Counted from the first letter of the stretch, positions 9,424 to 19,744 are shown. The stretch: DNA of 64,000 nucleotides from Nitrospinales bacterium (GCA_965223345.1 CBDCWG010000012.1:2208001-2272000); one strand, 5' to 3'. Notes: generated by a model not told the origin, from the letters alone. Program-made: numbers and translations.

Positions 9424-11295
9424 GTGCTCGATCAAACCGCATCCAGAATCCGTATTCTGTCAGACGATCTGGCCAACCAGATCGCCGCAGGCGAAGTGGT
9501 GGAACGTCCGGCTTCGGTGGTGAAGGAACTGGTGGAAAATTCCATCGACGCGGGCGCCACCCGCATTCTGGTGGACATCGAGGCCGGCGGAAAAAAACGC
9601 ATTCAGATCACCGACAACGGCACGGGCATGAACGCGGAGGACGCGCGGCTCGCCTTTTCCCGGCATTCCACCAGCAAGATCGCCGCCGCGGAGGACCTGG
9701 CAGGCATCCGGACGCTGGGGTTTCGCGGCGAGGCGCTGCCGAGCATCGCATCGGTGGCCAAGGTGCGCCTCAAAACGGCGGTGGACGAGAGCCGGGGCGG
9801 CACGCAGGTGGTGATCGAGGGCGGCGGCGACCCGGCCGTCAAAGACATCGCCCGCGCCCGCGGCACCGATCTGGAAGTGGCGCAGATCTTTTTCAACACG
9901 CCGGCGCGCAAAAAATTCCTCAAAGGCGACTCGACCGAGTTTTCCCATATCGTGCAGGTGGTCACGCAGCAGGCGCTGGCGCGTCCGCACATCCACTTCA
10001 CATTGAAGCACAACGGCCGGGAGATCATCAACACCCTGCCCACCGAACAGCTCTTGTACCGCATCGCGGAGCTGTTCGGCAACGAGATGGCGAAAGAGCT
10101 GCTGCCGGTCAAGATGCAAGAGGGCGGATATTACCTGGAAGGATTCGTGTCAAGCCCGATTTACACGCGTTCCAACCGCTCGGCGCAGTATTGTTTCATC
10201 AACGGCCGTTGCGTGCGCGACAAGGTCATCCTGCACGCGACGCAGCAGGGATACAGCCACCTTTTGCCCAAAGGACGGCATCCGGTGATTTTCCTGATGC
10301 TGTCGATGGATGCCACGCTGCTCGATGTCAACGTGCACCCGAGCAAGGCGGAAGTGCGGTTCGCCTATCAGCAGGAGGTGCACCGCCTGGTCAGCGAAGG
10401 CGTGCGCCGGGCGCTGTCCACGAAAGTGAGCGAGCCTTTTCCGCAGGCTCAGGAACTCGCCACAGAAGAAACGCAATCGGTGGCCGAACCCTCTGTGAGT
10501 TACAACGCTCCTCCCACGCCAGGCCGTGCGCCGGCTTCCTGGAAACCGGATCGGCCTGCGTTTTCCAATCCGGCAGGCGAGGGCTTCACCCAGGCGCTGC
10601 GCATGATGGCGACCGGTTGCGGTCCGGCGGATGCGTCCGCAAGGCAGCGCGCGGACGCGGAGCGGCAGCGGCCGGTGTTTTTCGACAGCACGCCCCAGCC
10701 GGTGTCGCGGCTGATCTTTTCGGAGTTCGAACCGTTGGGGCAGCTCGACCGCTCTTTCATCATCATGCAGGGGAAGGCGGGGATGGTGGTGGTGGACCAG
10801 CACGTTGCGCACGAGCGCATCCTGTACGAGCGGTTCCGCAACGCGGCGCGCAACCGCAAGATCGAGGTGCAGCAGCTTTTGTTTCCGCAGAATGTGGAAT
10901 TGCCGCCGGGCGAGGCGGAACTGTTGAACGCTCAGCGGGAGAAACTCGGCGAGCTGGGGCTGGATTTCGAGCCCTTCGGCGCGAACACCTTCGTGGTGCG
11001 CGCAGTGCCTGCGATTCTCAAGAACAACGATCCGGAGGAGATCCTAAAGGAAATCGCGCAGTTGCTGCCCAGGCAGGACGATCCCAAAATCGTGGAGGAA
11101 AAATTCGAGGACATTCTCATCATGATGTCCTGCCGCAACGCCATCAAGGTCAACCACACCCTCAACCTGGATCAGATCCGCAAGCTGATCGCCGACCTGG
11201 AGCAGACGGAAATGCCCTTCACCTGCCCGCACGGCCGGCCCATCGCGTTGTTTTTCGACATCGACTCTATTCTGAAAAAATTTCTGCGCAAGTGA
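9424..11295 (+). CDS. mutL: DNA mismatch repair endonuclease MutL
   Basis: NQIAAGEVVERPASVVKELVENSIDAGA, GFRGEAL, DQHVAHERILYE and CPHGRP; likely GTG start at 9424. Confidence 0.98.
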   Translation: MLDQTASRIRILSDDLANQIAAGEVVERPASVVKELVENSIDAGATRILVDIEAGGKKRIQITDNGTGMNAEDARLAFSRHSTSKIAAAEDLAGIRTLGFRGEALPSIASVAKVRLKTAVDESRGGTQVVIEGGGDPAVKDIARARGTDLEVAQIFFNTPARKKFLKGDSTEFSHIVQVVTQQALARPHIHFTLKHNGREIINTLPTEQLLYRIAELFGNEMAKELLPVKMQEGGYYLEGFVSSPIYTRSNRSAQYCFINGRCVRDKVILHATQQGYSHLLPKGRHPVIFLMLSMDATLLDVNVHPSKAEVRFAYQQEVHRLVSEGVRRALSTKVSEPFPQAQELATEETQSVAEPSVSYNAPPTPGRAPASWKPDRPAFSNPAGEGFTQALRMMATGCGPADASARQRADAERQRPVFFDSTPQPVSRLIFSEFEPLGQLDRSFIIMQGKAGMVVVDQHVAHERILYERFRNAARNRKIEVQQLLFPQNVELPPGEAELLNAQREKLGELGLDFEPFGANTFVVRAVPAILKNNDPEEILKEIAQLLPRQDDPKIVEEKFEDILIMMSCRNAIKVNHTLNLDQIRKLIADLEQTEMPFTCPHGRPIALFFDIDSILKKFLRK

Positions 11296-11329
11296 ACGGC
11301 GCGCCGGCCGCGGCGACCCTGCGAACGGC

Positions 11330-11884
11330 TCAGCCCTTGACGGTGATCTTTTTGATGGAGCGGGCCATCTGCTTGAGGCGCGCGGCGTTTTTCGCCTTGA
11401 CCACTTTCTTCGCGACTTTTTTCCTGCGACCGGGTTTCGCTGCGGGCTTCGTGTTGTTGAGCGCCCATTCCAGGTCGAGCAGGTATTTGCCCTTGGTCAT
11501 CCTGTCCATCTTGCGGAACGTGGACAGCAGCTTTTTCTCGCTTTTGTTGGTGCTGATGAGAAAGTCCGGCTTGAGCCCCTTGAACATCAGGCGGCCTTCG
11601 TCGAGCCCGCCGCTGATCACTTCCAGCTTTTTCGAGTTTTTCGGGATGGATTCGGTGTCCGGGACTTTGAGATCGTCTTCGTCGATCCGCGTGGTCAGGA
11701 GCCGGTCGAGAGACAGATTGCCGAGCTTGGCGAGTTTGACCAGAAGCGATATGGGGGCATCCCGCTCGCCCGCCTCGTAGCGGACATAGGTCCGAAATCC
11801 GATGTCCAGAACTTCGGACAGGGCCATTTGCGTGCAGTTGAGATTTTTTCGAATGGTCTTCAGGTTTTCAGACAGAATGGTCAT
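11330..11884 (-). CDS. XRE-family HTH regulator with a Lys-rich C-terminal tail
   Basis: ENLKTIRKNLNCTQMALSEVLDIGFRTYVRYEAGERD is an HTH_3 pattern. Confidence 0.8.
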   Translation of the reverse strand: MTILSENLKTIRKNLNCTQMALSEVLDIGFRTYVRYEAGERDAPISLLVKLAKLGNLSLDRLLTTRIDEDDLKVPDTESIPKNSKKLEVISGGLDEGRLMFKGLKPDFLISTNKSEKKLLSTFRKMDRMTKGKYLLDLEWALNNTKPAAKPGRRKKVAKKVVKAKNAARLKQMARSIKKITVKG

Positions 11885-11940
11885 CGTTTTTTGGGTTTCG
11901 AGTGGATTAATGAGGGTAAACCCAAATGTAGCAGAAAAAA

Positions 11941-12702
11941 TCAGGCCAGTTCAATGCCATTCTTTTTGAGAAATTTGTAAGCCTCTTCAATCCAATAACG
12001 TTCCTTCTCCAATTTGTATTCCGGAAGGTCCTTGGAAGATCCGATGAGGCTTTTCATCTGCGCGATGGCTTCCTGTTTTTTGCCCAGCTTGTCGAGCAGG
12101 CGCCCGTAGTGGTAGTAGGCTTTGAAGAAGGCGAAGGAGTTGATCACCTCGCGGTACATGTTGAGTGCCTTGTCGTCCTGTCCTGCAAGGCGGTAGCATT
12201 CAGCCAGCCCGAAAATGGCGTTGCCGTAGTCGTATTTTTTGTCGAGGGCGACGAGTTCCTCCAGGATTTCCGCCGCTTCCTCGTATTTGCCCAGGGCGTG
12301 GTAGCTTTTGGCCATGCCGTAGCGCGCCTCGTTCATTTCGGGATCTTTCTTGATCGCCTCTTCGAACTGGGGAATGGCGAGCTGGTATTTCTTCTGTTCG
12401 AGGTAGGCCTGTCCCAGCTTTTCGTAGTGATAGGCTTTCTGGTACTTGCCGATCAATTCCTTGAGCTGCAGGGTTTCCTCGGTCTCCACCTCCTTGGGCG
12501 GGGCAGCGGGGGAGAACAGCTGCACGGGTTTGGCGCCGCCACCCTGACCGGCTTTGGACTTGACGGCGAAGTAATACACCACCGCGCCGATGGGAAACAG
12601 CACCACCATGATGATGATCCACACGAAATGTTCTTTGCGCTGAATGCAGTCCAGACACATCCAGACCATGAACGCCAATGCGACTATGATGATTACATCC
12701 AT
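11941..12702 (-). CDS. Membrane protein with an N-terminal PLDc_N-like hairpin and TPR repeats
   Basis: WIIIMVVLFPIGAVVYYF segment followed by several TPRs. Confidence 0.8.
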   Translation of the reverse strand: MDVIIIVALAFMVWMCLDCIQRKEHFVWIIIMVVLFPIGAVVYYFAVKSKAGQGGGAKPVQLFSPAAPPKEVETEETLQLKELIGKYQKAYHYEKLGQAYLEQKKYQLAIPQFEEAIKKDPEMNEARYGMAKSYHALGKYEEAAEILEELVALDKKYDYGNAIFGLAECYRLAGQDDKALNMYREVINSFAFFKAYYHYGRLLDKLGKKQEAIAQMKSLIGSSKDLPEYKLEKERYWIEEAYKFLKKNGIELA

Positions 12703-12804
12703 AGATTCATCGTTTTGTTGAGAATTCTAAGAGAAAACCCCTCAGCGGCGGACGCAGGCATCCGCCCGGGAGCGGTTTTCAGTGGAAACGGACTGCGCGG
12801 CGCG

Positions 12805-13155
12805 TCACTTCTCGACGACCTGATTCTGCTCGTTGAGAAGCACGACCTTGGGCGCGAATGTGTCCGAATCACTGTCCATAATACCATAAGCCACAATGAT
12901 GATGCGATCATTTATCTGCGCCATCCGGGCCGCCGCCCCGTTGAGAGCGATGGTTCCGGAACCGCGTTCGCAGGTGATCGCGTAGGTGATCAGGCGGCCG
13001 CCGGTATTGATATTGAACACATGGACCTGCTCGTAGGGCACAATGCCCACGCGGTCCATCAGATCCGGGTCGATCTCGATGCTGCCTTCGTAATCCATCT
13101 TCGTGCCTGTGACCCGGGCCCGGTGAAGCTTTGATTTTAACATTATTCGCTGCAT
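12805..13155 (-). CDS. panD: Aspartate 1-decarboxylase
   Basis: MLKSKLHRARVT, YEGSI (cleavage site), TYAI and NGAAAR. Confidence 0.97.
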   Translation of the reverse strand: MQRIMLKSKLHRARVTGTKMDYEGSIEIDPDLMDRVGIVPYEQVHVFNINTGGRLITYAITCERGSGTIALNGAAARMAQINDRIIIVAYGIMDSDSDTFAPKVVLLNEQNQVVEK

Positions 13156-14003
13156 TTCGCTCTCCTGACGAGGCAATTGTCGATCAATCGTGTGTCTCCG
13201 ACGCGCACGGCCAGAGCGATGAGGGACGGATCCTGGATCGTGTCCTGCTCAATGAAGTTCTCCGGGTCGCAGATGGAGATGTAATCCACCTCGGTGCCGC
13301 CCCGGCTCTCCAGGATGCGCGTGATTTCCTGCCGCAGGGTGGCGGCGGAAGTTTCTCCCTGTGCCGCCAGATCGCGTGCGGTCTCCAGGGCTTGCGACAG
13401 GGAAAGCGCGACGATGCGCTGTTCCCCGCTTAAATATTCGTTGCGCGAACTCATGGCCAGCCCGTCTTTTTCCCGCACGATCGGGCAGCGCACGATGTCC
13501 ACATCGAGGTTCAGGTCGCGCACCAGCGTTTCCACCACCGCCAGCTGCTGCCAGTCCTTTTCGCCGAAAAAGGCTTTGTGGGGCCGGACGATGTTGAACA
13601 GTTTCAACACCACCGTGGCCACACCTTGAAAGAAACCCGGACGGCTTTTTCCGCACAGGGCGCCGGTGATGGTTTCGACGTTGACGAAGGTTTTGTAGCC
13701 TGCGGGATACATGGCGGACGCTTCGGGGCAGAACATCACGTCCACCCCCGCCAGATCCAGCTTGGCCTTGTCGCCCTTGAAGTCGCGCGGATAGATGTCG
13801 AGATCCTCATTCTCGCCGAACTGGGTGGGGTTGACGAAAACGCTGACCACCGTCACCTGCGCGTTGAGGAACGATTGTTCCACCAGACTCAGGTGCCCCT
13901 GGTGCAGGCCGCCCATGGTCGGCACGAAACCGATGGTTTTGCCGTCTTTGCGCACCCGTTCGCTGAAGGCGCGCATGTCCGCAATGGAAGTGAGTATTTT
14001 CAT
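13143..14003 (-). CDS. panC: Pantoate--beta-alanine ligase
   Basis: FVPTMGGLHQGH, FVNPTQF, FGEKDWQQ, GLAMSSRN and RLIDN. Confidence 0.98.
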   Translation of the reverse strand: MKILTSIADMRAFSERVRKDGKTIGFVPTMGGLHQGHLSLVEQSFLNAQVTVVSVFVNPTQFGENEDLDIYPRDFKGDKAKLDLAGVDVMFCPEASAMYPAGYKTFVNVETITGALCGKSRPGFFQGVATVVLKLFNIVRPHKAFFGEKDWQQLAVVETLVRDLNLDVDIVRCPIVREKDGLAMSSRNEYLSGEQRIVALSLSQALETARDLAAQGETSAATLRQEITRILESRGGTEVDYISICDPENFIEQDTIQDPSLIALAVRVGDTRLIDNCLVRRAKCSE

Positions 14004-14021
14004 GGCTGCACCCTCCTTGCT

Positions 14022-14879
14022 TCAGCGTTCTTCCACTTTCTTGAGCGGCGTTTTCTCGGATGTGTAGGAATGCGCTTCACCGGGGAAATCGCCGGCCCGC
14101 ACTTCGCGGATGTACTCGTCCACCGCCTGGGTGACCGCGGGCGCCAGCTCGGCGTATTTTTTCACGAACTTGGGCGTGAACTCGGTGTTGAGTCCCAAAA
14201 GATCGTGCATCACCAGAATCTGCCCGTCGCAGTGCGGCCCCGCGCCGATGCCGATGGTCGGGACTTTCAGATCGGCTGTGATCTGCTCGGCCAGCTCGGA
14301 AGGAATGCCTTCCAGCACCACCGAGAAGACGCCGGCCTTTTCCAGCTCTTTCGCGTCCTGGCGGATCTGCCGGGCTTCGAGAAAATTTTTCCCCTGCACG
14401 CGGTAGCCGCCCATCTGGTGCACGGACTGCGGCGTGAGCCCGATGTGCCCCATCACGGGAATCCCGGCGTTCACCACCGCCCGCACCCGGTCGGCCATGC
14501 GCGCGCCGCCTTCCAGTTTCACGGCGGCGGCGTTGCCCTCCTGCAGGAAGCGGCCGGCGTTTTCGACCGCCTGCGCGTCGGAGACCTGATAGGACATGAA
14601 CGGCATGTCTCCCACCAGCAGGCTGTAGCGGTTGCCGCGGCTGACCGCCCGCGTGTGCAGGATCATTTCGTCCATGGTGACGGGCAGGGTGTTTTCGTGA
14701 CCCAGAGACATCATGGCCAGCGAGTCGCCCACCAGCAGGATGTCGATGTCCGTCGCATCGAGAAGCCGCGCGAACGTGTAATCGTAAGCGGTGAGCGCGG
14801 TGATTTTGTTTTTCGAATTTTTTCTTCCCAGAATGCCGGGAACGGTCTTGAGTTTTTTATCCTGTTTGTTCATGCGCAT
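14022..14879 (-). CDS. panB: 3-methyl-2-oxobutanoate hydroxymethyltransferase
   Basis: LTAYDY, LVGDSL, DMPF, VKLEGG, GHIGLTPQ and TIGIGAG; start at 14879 or 14873. Confidence 0.97.
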   Translation of the reverse strand: MRMNKQDKKLKTVPGILGRKNSKNKITALTAYDYTFARLLDATDIDILLVGDSLAMMSLGHENTLPVTMDEMILHTRAVSRGNRYSLLVGDMPFMSYQVSDAQAVENAGRFLQEGNAAAVKLEGGARMADRVRAVVNAGIPVMGHIGLTPQSVHQMGGYRVQGKNFLEARQIRQDAKELEKAGVFSVVLEGIPSELAEQITADLKVPTIGIGAGPHCDGQILVMHDLLGLNTEFTPKFVKKYAELAPAVTQAVDEYIREVRAGDFPGEAHSYTSEKTPLKKVEER

Positions 14880-14939
14880 CCATGACCGAGAAAAGCCAGG
14901 ATCTGAAAGGGGAGGGACGTCCGCCGGCGGGGACCGCAT

Positions 14940-14971
14940 AAAAAAAGCCCGCCGACAGAAAGCCGATGGGC
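14940..14971 (-). terminator. Intrinsic terminator/attenuator in the panB leader
   Basis: Minus strand reads GCCCATCGGCTTTCTGTCGGCGGGC followed by T7, about 60 nt before the panB start. Confidence 0.8.
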
Positions 14972-14999
14972 AGAAACAATCTCATCCATGCTGCGCCGG

Positions 15000-15092
15000 A
15001 TTCCTTGAGGCCGGTCAAACGGTCCTCATGAGACGCGATGGTTGCAATAGGATTCAGAATGCCCCGTCCCGGTCCTGTCAGGATCCAAGCGG
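15000..15092 (-). ncRNA. pan RNA motif (tandem bulged-A hairpins upstream of panBCD)
   Basis: Hairpin CCGCUUGG(A)UCCU-GAC-AGGACCGGG(A)CGG (15092-15064) has two opposite-strand bulged As. A second hairpin UGAGG(A)CCG-UUUGAC-CGGCCUCA (15028-15006) follows. The position 5' of panB fits the described pan motif. Confidence 0.75.
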
Positions 15093-15728
15093 ATTGTAGT
15101 ATTCACGCCCTATTTTATGGGTATTGATTTTTTTTATCAACTCCTGCAGGTCACCTTTTCTTTCCACGAAATCGATCTCGTTCGTGTTGATGACCAGAAG
15201 CGGTGTGTCGGAATAGTAAAAGAAAAAATTGTTGAAGGCTTTGTTCACCGCCTCCAGGTAGTCCAGATCGACGAAGGCCTCGTACTCGCGATTGCGCGTT
15301 TCGACCCGTTCCCGGAGAACGTGGGTGTCTGCCTGTAGAAAGATGACCAGATCGGGCTTGGGGATTTTTATTTTTATCAGATTGTAGATCTGGTTGTACA
15401 GCTGCAGCTCGTGGCCCTTTAAATTCAATGCCGCAAACACAGGATCGCGCTGAAACAGGTAATCCACGATGACGACAGAATTGAACAGATCCCGCTGGGC
15501 GAGGCTCAGATACTGGTTGTAGCGGCTCAGTAAAAAAAAAATCTGGGTCTGAAAGGCCAGCGCCTCCCGGTCCTCGTAGAAATTTTCCAAAAAGGGGTTG
15601 GCCTCGTCGTTTTCCAGGATCAGCTTGGCATCGTATTGTTTTCCAAGGAGTTTTGATAAGGACGTTTTGCCGGCGCCGATGGCTCCTTCCACGGCGATGA
15701 AGCGAGGCTCGATCAAGGGTTTTGTCAT
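15078..15728 (-). CDS. Deoxynucleoside kinase
   Basis: IAVEGAIGAGKTSL P-loop, NPFLENFY, AFQTQIFFLLSR and PKPDLVIFL. Confidence 0.93.
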   Translation of the reverse strand: MTKPLIEPRFIAVEGAIGAGKTSLSKLLGKQYDAKLILENDEANPFLENFYEDREALAFQTQIFFLLSRYNQYLSLAQRDLFNSVVIVDYLFQRDPVFAALNLKGHELQLYNQIYNLIKIKIPKPDLVIFLQADTHVLRERVETRNREYEAFVDLDYLEAVNKAFNNFFFYYSDTPLLVINTNEIDFVERKGDLQELIKKINTHKIGREYYNPLGS

Positions 15729-15807
15729 GGTTGCAGCGGCTCAGCTCGTAGGGATGGTTGTCCGGATTCGGAAAGCCGGACCCCTCAATTCGACCCTCCG
15801 GATGGGG

Positions 15808-16173
15808 TCAGTTCAGATTCACGGCCTGCAAGATTTCCTTGATGGTCAGTTTCAATTCGCGCAGGTCTGCGGATTTGACCACGTACGCGTCGGAGGCCCA
15901 AACCCGAAAGTCCTGTTTATACCGGCCGTAAGCGGAGCACAGGATAACCGGGATGTCGCTTTTTTCCTCTTTCAGCTTGCGCATGAACTCGATCCCGTCC
16001 ATTCCCGGCATCTTGATGTCCAGGGTGATGAGATCCGGGTGGACCTTGTGGATTTGACGCATTCCCTCTTCGGCTGTGGCGGCTACGAAAACCTCATACC
16101 CCTCATCCTGCAGTTCTTCCTTGTAAAGGAGCCGGATGTTTTCCTCGTCGTCGATGATCAAAATTTTTTTCAT
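15808..16173 (-). CDS. Single-domain response regulator
   Basis: KILIIDDE, PDLITLDIKMPGMDG and YVVKS. Confidence 0.93.
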   Translation of the reverse strand: MKKILIIDDEENIRLLYKEELQDEGYEVFVAATAEEGMRQIHKVHPDLITLDIKMPGMDGIEFMRKLKEEKSDIPVILCSAYGRYKQDFRVWASDAYVVKSADLRELKLTIKEILQAVNLN

Positions 16174-16294
16174 CGCACCCTCCATTTAGGGAGATCATTT
16201 TAGATTGCCACGAGGGTGTCTGCTGCTTTCTTTTCTCCTTAATTCACTTTCTAATCGGCAGGGGCACTCTTTGCTGCGGAGAGGGATCGAGAAT

Positions 16295-18208
16295 CTAATT
16301 TTTATAACAATCGGGGCTGTTTTGCAATGGTAAATGGATGTACACCGTGACGCCGTGCCCGATGTTGTTTTCAAAGCGGATGGTACCGCCGTGGTGTTCG
16401 ATGATTTTCCGGGAAATGGAGAGTCCCAGTCCGGTTCCCGACGATTTGGTGGAAAAAAACGGATTGAAAATATTGTCGAAAATTTCCTGGGGAATGCCGC
16501 CGCCGGTGTCTTCCAGGCGCACGGTCACGACTTTCTGGCCGAGAATGTATTCCCCCTGATAAGTCTCCACGTTGAGCTCGCCGCCTTCCGGCATCGATTC
16601 CATGGCGTTGAAGAACAGGTTGATCAGCACCTGCTTGATCTTCTGCCTGTCGAGCAGCAGGACGGGCAGGTCGTCGGATTTTTCCTGGTTCACCACGATG
16701 CTTTTGCCGTAAAAGCCCGAGCGGAACAGGTAGATCACCTCGGCGAGGATGTCGTTGATCTGCACCTCCTCCCGTTCGAGGACCGCGGCCTTCGAGTAGA
16801 ACAGGATGTTTTTCAGAAGTTTTTCCAGCCGCGCCACCTCTCCGGTGATGATGTTCGCGTAGGTGTTGAGGTCTTTGACTTTCTTCTCTTTGTCGTCCGA
16901 ATCGGCGGTGATTTTTTTCACGGTGTTCTGCAGCCTGCGGGCGAAACCGCCGATGGAGACGAGCGGGTTTTTTATCTCGTGCGCCACTTCCGCGGAAACC
17001 TCGCCGAGGGCCGCGAGTTTTTCCGATTGCACCAGCTGTTCCTTGGTGGACAGCAGTTCCCGGTTGGTCTCCAGGAGTTTGGTGAACAGGCGGGAATTTT
17101 CCATCGCCCAACTCGCGTGAGTGGTGAAGCGGGTCAGAAGCCGCAGCTGGCCCTCGGTGATCGGTTTGTTGTTGTACTTGTTGTCCACCAGGATCACCCC
17201 CAGCACTTCCTCGTGGGTGATGAGCGGCACGGTGGCGAAGGCGTTGACCCCGATGGCGTCGATGAATTCCCGGCTGACCAGGGGATGGTTTTCAGCGTCG
17301 GTCACGTTGAAGATTTTTTTCTGCACCACCGTTTCGGTCAGGATGTGCGCGCCGGGTTCGATGGGAAAGCTCAGGCTGCGCACGAACTGGTTGAAGGCGG
17401 AATTTTTGTATTCCTCCTTGTCGGTCTCGGAGATCACCCATTGCAGCGCGTCGGTCTCCTTGTTGCCCCATTCCTGCCAGATGCGGGAGGCGTCTTCCGG
17501 CGAGTCCGGGCCGAGCCCCATGGATCCCTGCAGAAAATCGCTCTCTTCGTTCACCGTGAACAGCATGGCGCGGTTGAATCCTCCGGCTTCGCCCATGGTG
17601 ATGCCGCTCAGGATGATCCAGAGCCCGTGCTCGAGTTTGAGGGAGGTCTGCACGGCCATGCTGATGTCGTAGAGGATCGTCTGTTCCTTGAGCAGCATCT
17701 GGCTGGCGTTGTACAGCATGGCGTTGCGGATGCAGCCGGACACCTGGTTGGCGATGGTTTCCATGATCAGCACTTCCGCGGGGGTGTAGTCGCGCTGTTC
17801 GAAGTTGTGCACGTTGATGACGCCGATGCACTGCTCCTTGAAGATCATGGGCACCGAAAGCATGGACTTGAACCGCTCTTCCTCGATCTCGGGAAAGTAG
17901 ACGAAGCGCGGGTCGTGAAAGGCGTCGCGCAGGGCGAGGGTCTTTTTCTCTTTCGCCACCCAGCCGGTGATGCCTTTGCCGATCTCCAGGCGGATGGAAA
18001 GGGAATCTTCCTTCGGCAGGCCCTGGACGCCCTTGAGATGCAGGTAGGGTTCCTTTTCATCGGTCAAATAGATGGAGCAGGCGTCCATGTGCATCTGGTT
18101 TTTGATGACCTCGATGATGTGCTCCAGGGTTTCATCGAGATCCAGGGTGGAGTTGGCGATGCGGGCGATTTCCTGCAGCAGTTTCAGACCCAGCTTGTCT
18201 TCATTCAT
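16295..18208 (-). CDS. Soluble GAF-GAF sensor histidine kinase
   Basis: Two GAF domains, AHEIKNPL H-box, QVLINLFFNA N-box, DTGGGI and GTGLGL. Confidence 0.93.
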   Translation of the reverse strand: MNEDKLGLKLLQEIARIANSTLDLDETLEHIIEVIKNQMHMDACSIYLTDEKEPYLHLKGVQGLPKEDSLSIRLEIGKGITGWVAKEKKTLALRDAFHDPRFVYFPEIEEERFKSMLSVPMIFKEQCIGVINVHNFEQRDYTPAEVLIMETIANQVSGCIRNAMLYNASQMLLKEQTILYDISMAVQTSLKLEHGLWIILSGITMGEAGGFNRAMLFTVNEESDFLQGSMGLGPDSPEDASRIWQEWGNKETDALQWVISETDKEEYKNSAFNQFVRSLSFPIEPGAHILTETVVQKKIFNVTDAENHPLVSREFIDAIGVNAFATVPLITHEEVLGVILVDNKYNNKPITEGQLRLLTRFTTHASWAMENSRLFTKLLETNRELLSTKEQLVQSEKLAALGEVSAEVAHEIKNPLVSIGGFARRLQNTVKKITADSDDKEKKVKDLNTYANIITGEVARLEKLLKNILFYSKAAVLEREEVQINDILAEVIYLFRSGFYGKSIVVNQEKSDDLPVLLLDRQKIKQVLINLFFNAMESMPEGGELNVETYQGEYILGQKVVTVRLEDTGGGIPQEIFDNIFNPFFSTKSSGTGLGLSISRKIIEHHGGTIRFENNIGHGVTVYIHLPLQNSPDCYKN

Positions 18209-18286
18209 GGCGCGATCCCTGTCAATGGGGAGCGGAACGGGATACGAGGGTCAGGCTAGAGTGGCTTTGCGTGAGGGGTGGGCGGA

Positions 18287-19744
18287 TCATTTTTTCAGCG
18301 CCTCGAAGTACAGTTGCGAATACTTGCCCGCGGTCCGGCTCCAGCTGAAATTCTGCGCCATGCCGTTTTGCACCAGTTTTTTCCAGTGGCTTTGATTCCG
18401 ATAGGTGGCAAGGCCTTTTTGCACGGCTTTCCACAGCGAGGGGCTGTCGAACGAGTGGAAGCGGAACCCGGTGCCGGCGTGGGTGCGGGTGTCGAATTCC
18501 TGCACGGTGTCGCGCAGTCCGCCGACGGCGTGGACGATCGGCACGGTACCGTATTTCAGGGCGTACATCTGCGTCAAGCCGCAGGGCTCGTATTCGGAAG
18601 GCATGAGCATGAGATCGCTCCCCGCGAGGATTTTGTGGGCCAGAGCCTCATCGAAATCGATGACGGCGGCGCACCGGTCCGCATGGTTTTTGCTCAGTCT
18701 GGTGAAAAAGGTTTCGTGCCCGGGATCGCCGGTTCCTAAAAGCACGAAGACGGCTTCGGTTTGCAAAAGTCTGGGCATCAGCTTTTCCACCAGATGGATG
18801 CCTTTTTGTTCCGAAAGGCGGGTGACCATGCAGACCACGGGTGCTTTCTCGTCCACCTTCAATGAAAATAAGTTCGCCAGTGACTTTTTGCAAGTGCGTT
18901 TTCCCTGCAAGTCCCTGGCGTGGTAGGGCGTGTCGAGATGCGGGTCGGTAGCCGGGTTCCACTCGCTGTAGTCGGCGCCGTTCAGGATGCCGAACAGGTC
19001 GCTCGAGCGGTCGGTGAGGATGCCCTGCATGCCGAAGCCGAAGCGTTTGGTTTGAATTTCACGGCTGTAGTTCGGGCTCACGGTGTTCAACAGGTCCGAA
19101 TAGATGAGGCCGGATTTTAAGAAACTGAACTGGCCGTAAAATTCGGCGCCTTCCATTTTGAAACACTGCGGAGGCAGTCCGGAAGGTTTCACCTGAGCGA
19201 GTTTGAAATTGCCCTGGTAGCCCAGGTTGTGGATGGAGAACAGGGTGCGGGTGTCTTTGAACCAGGTGTCCTTGGCATAGAGCGTTTTCAGGTAGGCGGG
19301 CGTCAGCCCGGTCTGCCAGTCGTTCAGGTGCAGGATGTCGGGTTGATAGCCGAGCGCTTTGCAGGATTCCAGGATCGAGCGGCCGAAAAAGATGAACCGG
19401 TCTGCATTGTCCTTATAATCCTTGCCGCCCTCGCCGTAAATTCCGTCCCGCAGGTAAAAGCGGTCGTGGCCGATCAGATAGACCGGAATGGTTTTGTGGA
19501 TGTGCCCCTGAAACAATTCGCCTTTCTCTGTGGTTTTGCCAAGGGGGGCCGTGAAATCGACGCCCAGGGATTCGATCCCCGGTTTCGCCGTGGTGGCTTT
19601 GTAGCGGGGCATGATGACCCGCACCTCGTGACCCAGCTGCACAAGCGCCGCAGGCAGGGAGCCTGCGATGTCGGCCAGCCCGCCGGTCTTGGCAAAAGGA
19701 TGCACTTCCGAGGCGGCGATGAGTACTTTCAGTTTTCGATCCAT
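18287..19744 (-). CDS. glgA: Glycogen synthase
   Basis: PFAKTGGLAD, HLNDWQT, IHNLGYQG, GILNG and MPSEYEPCGLTQ. Confidence 0.97.
   Translation of the reverse strand: MDRKLKVLIAASEVHPFAKTGGLADIAGSLPAALVQLGHEVRVIMPRYKATTAKPGIESLGVDFTAPLGKTTEKGELFQGHIHKTIPVYLIGHDRFYLRDGIYGEGGKDYKDNADRFIFFGRSILESCKALGYQPDILHLNDWQTGLTPAYLKTLYAKDTWFKDTRTLFSIHNLGYQGNFKLAQVKPSGLPPQCFKMEGAEFYGQFSFLKSGLIYSDLLNTVSPNYSREIQTKRFGFGMQGILTDRSSDLFGILNGADYSEWNPATDPHLDTPYHARDLQGKRTCKKSLANLFSLKVDEKAPVVCMVTRLSEQKGIHLVEKLMPRLLQTEAVFVLLGTGDPGHETFFTRLSKNHADRCAAVIDFDEALAHKILAGSDLMLMPSEYEPCGLTQMYALKYGTVPIVHAVGGLRDTVQEFDTRTHAGTGFRFHSFDSPSLWKAVQKGLATYRNQSHWKKLVQNGMAQNFSWSRTAGKYSQLYFEALKK

Noticed and set aside
9375..11780. 801-aa ORF and similar long alternative-frame or antisense ORFs (e.g. 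16334-18259, 26258-28144, 44296-46116, 58709-60520)
   Set aside because: They overlap well-supported genes, have Arg/Gly/Ala-rich nonsense composition and are expected in high-GC DNA.
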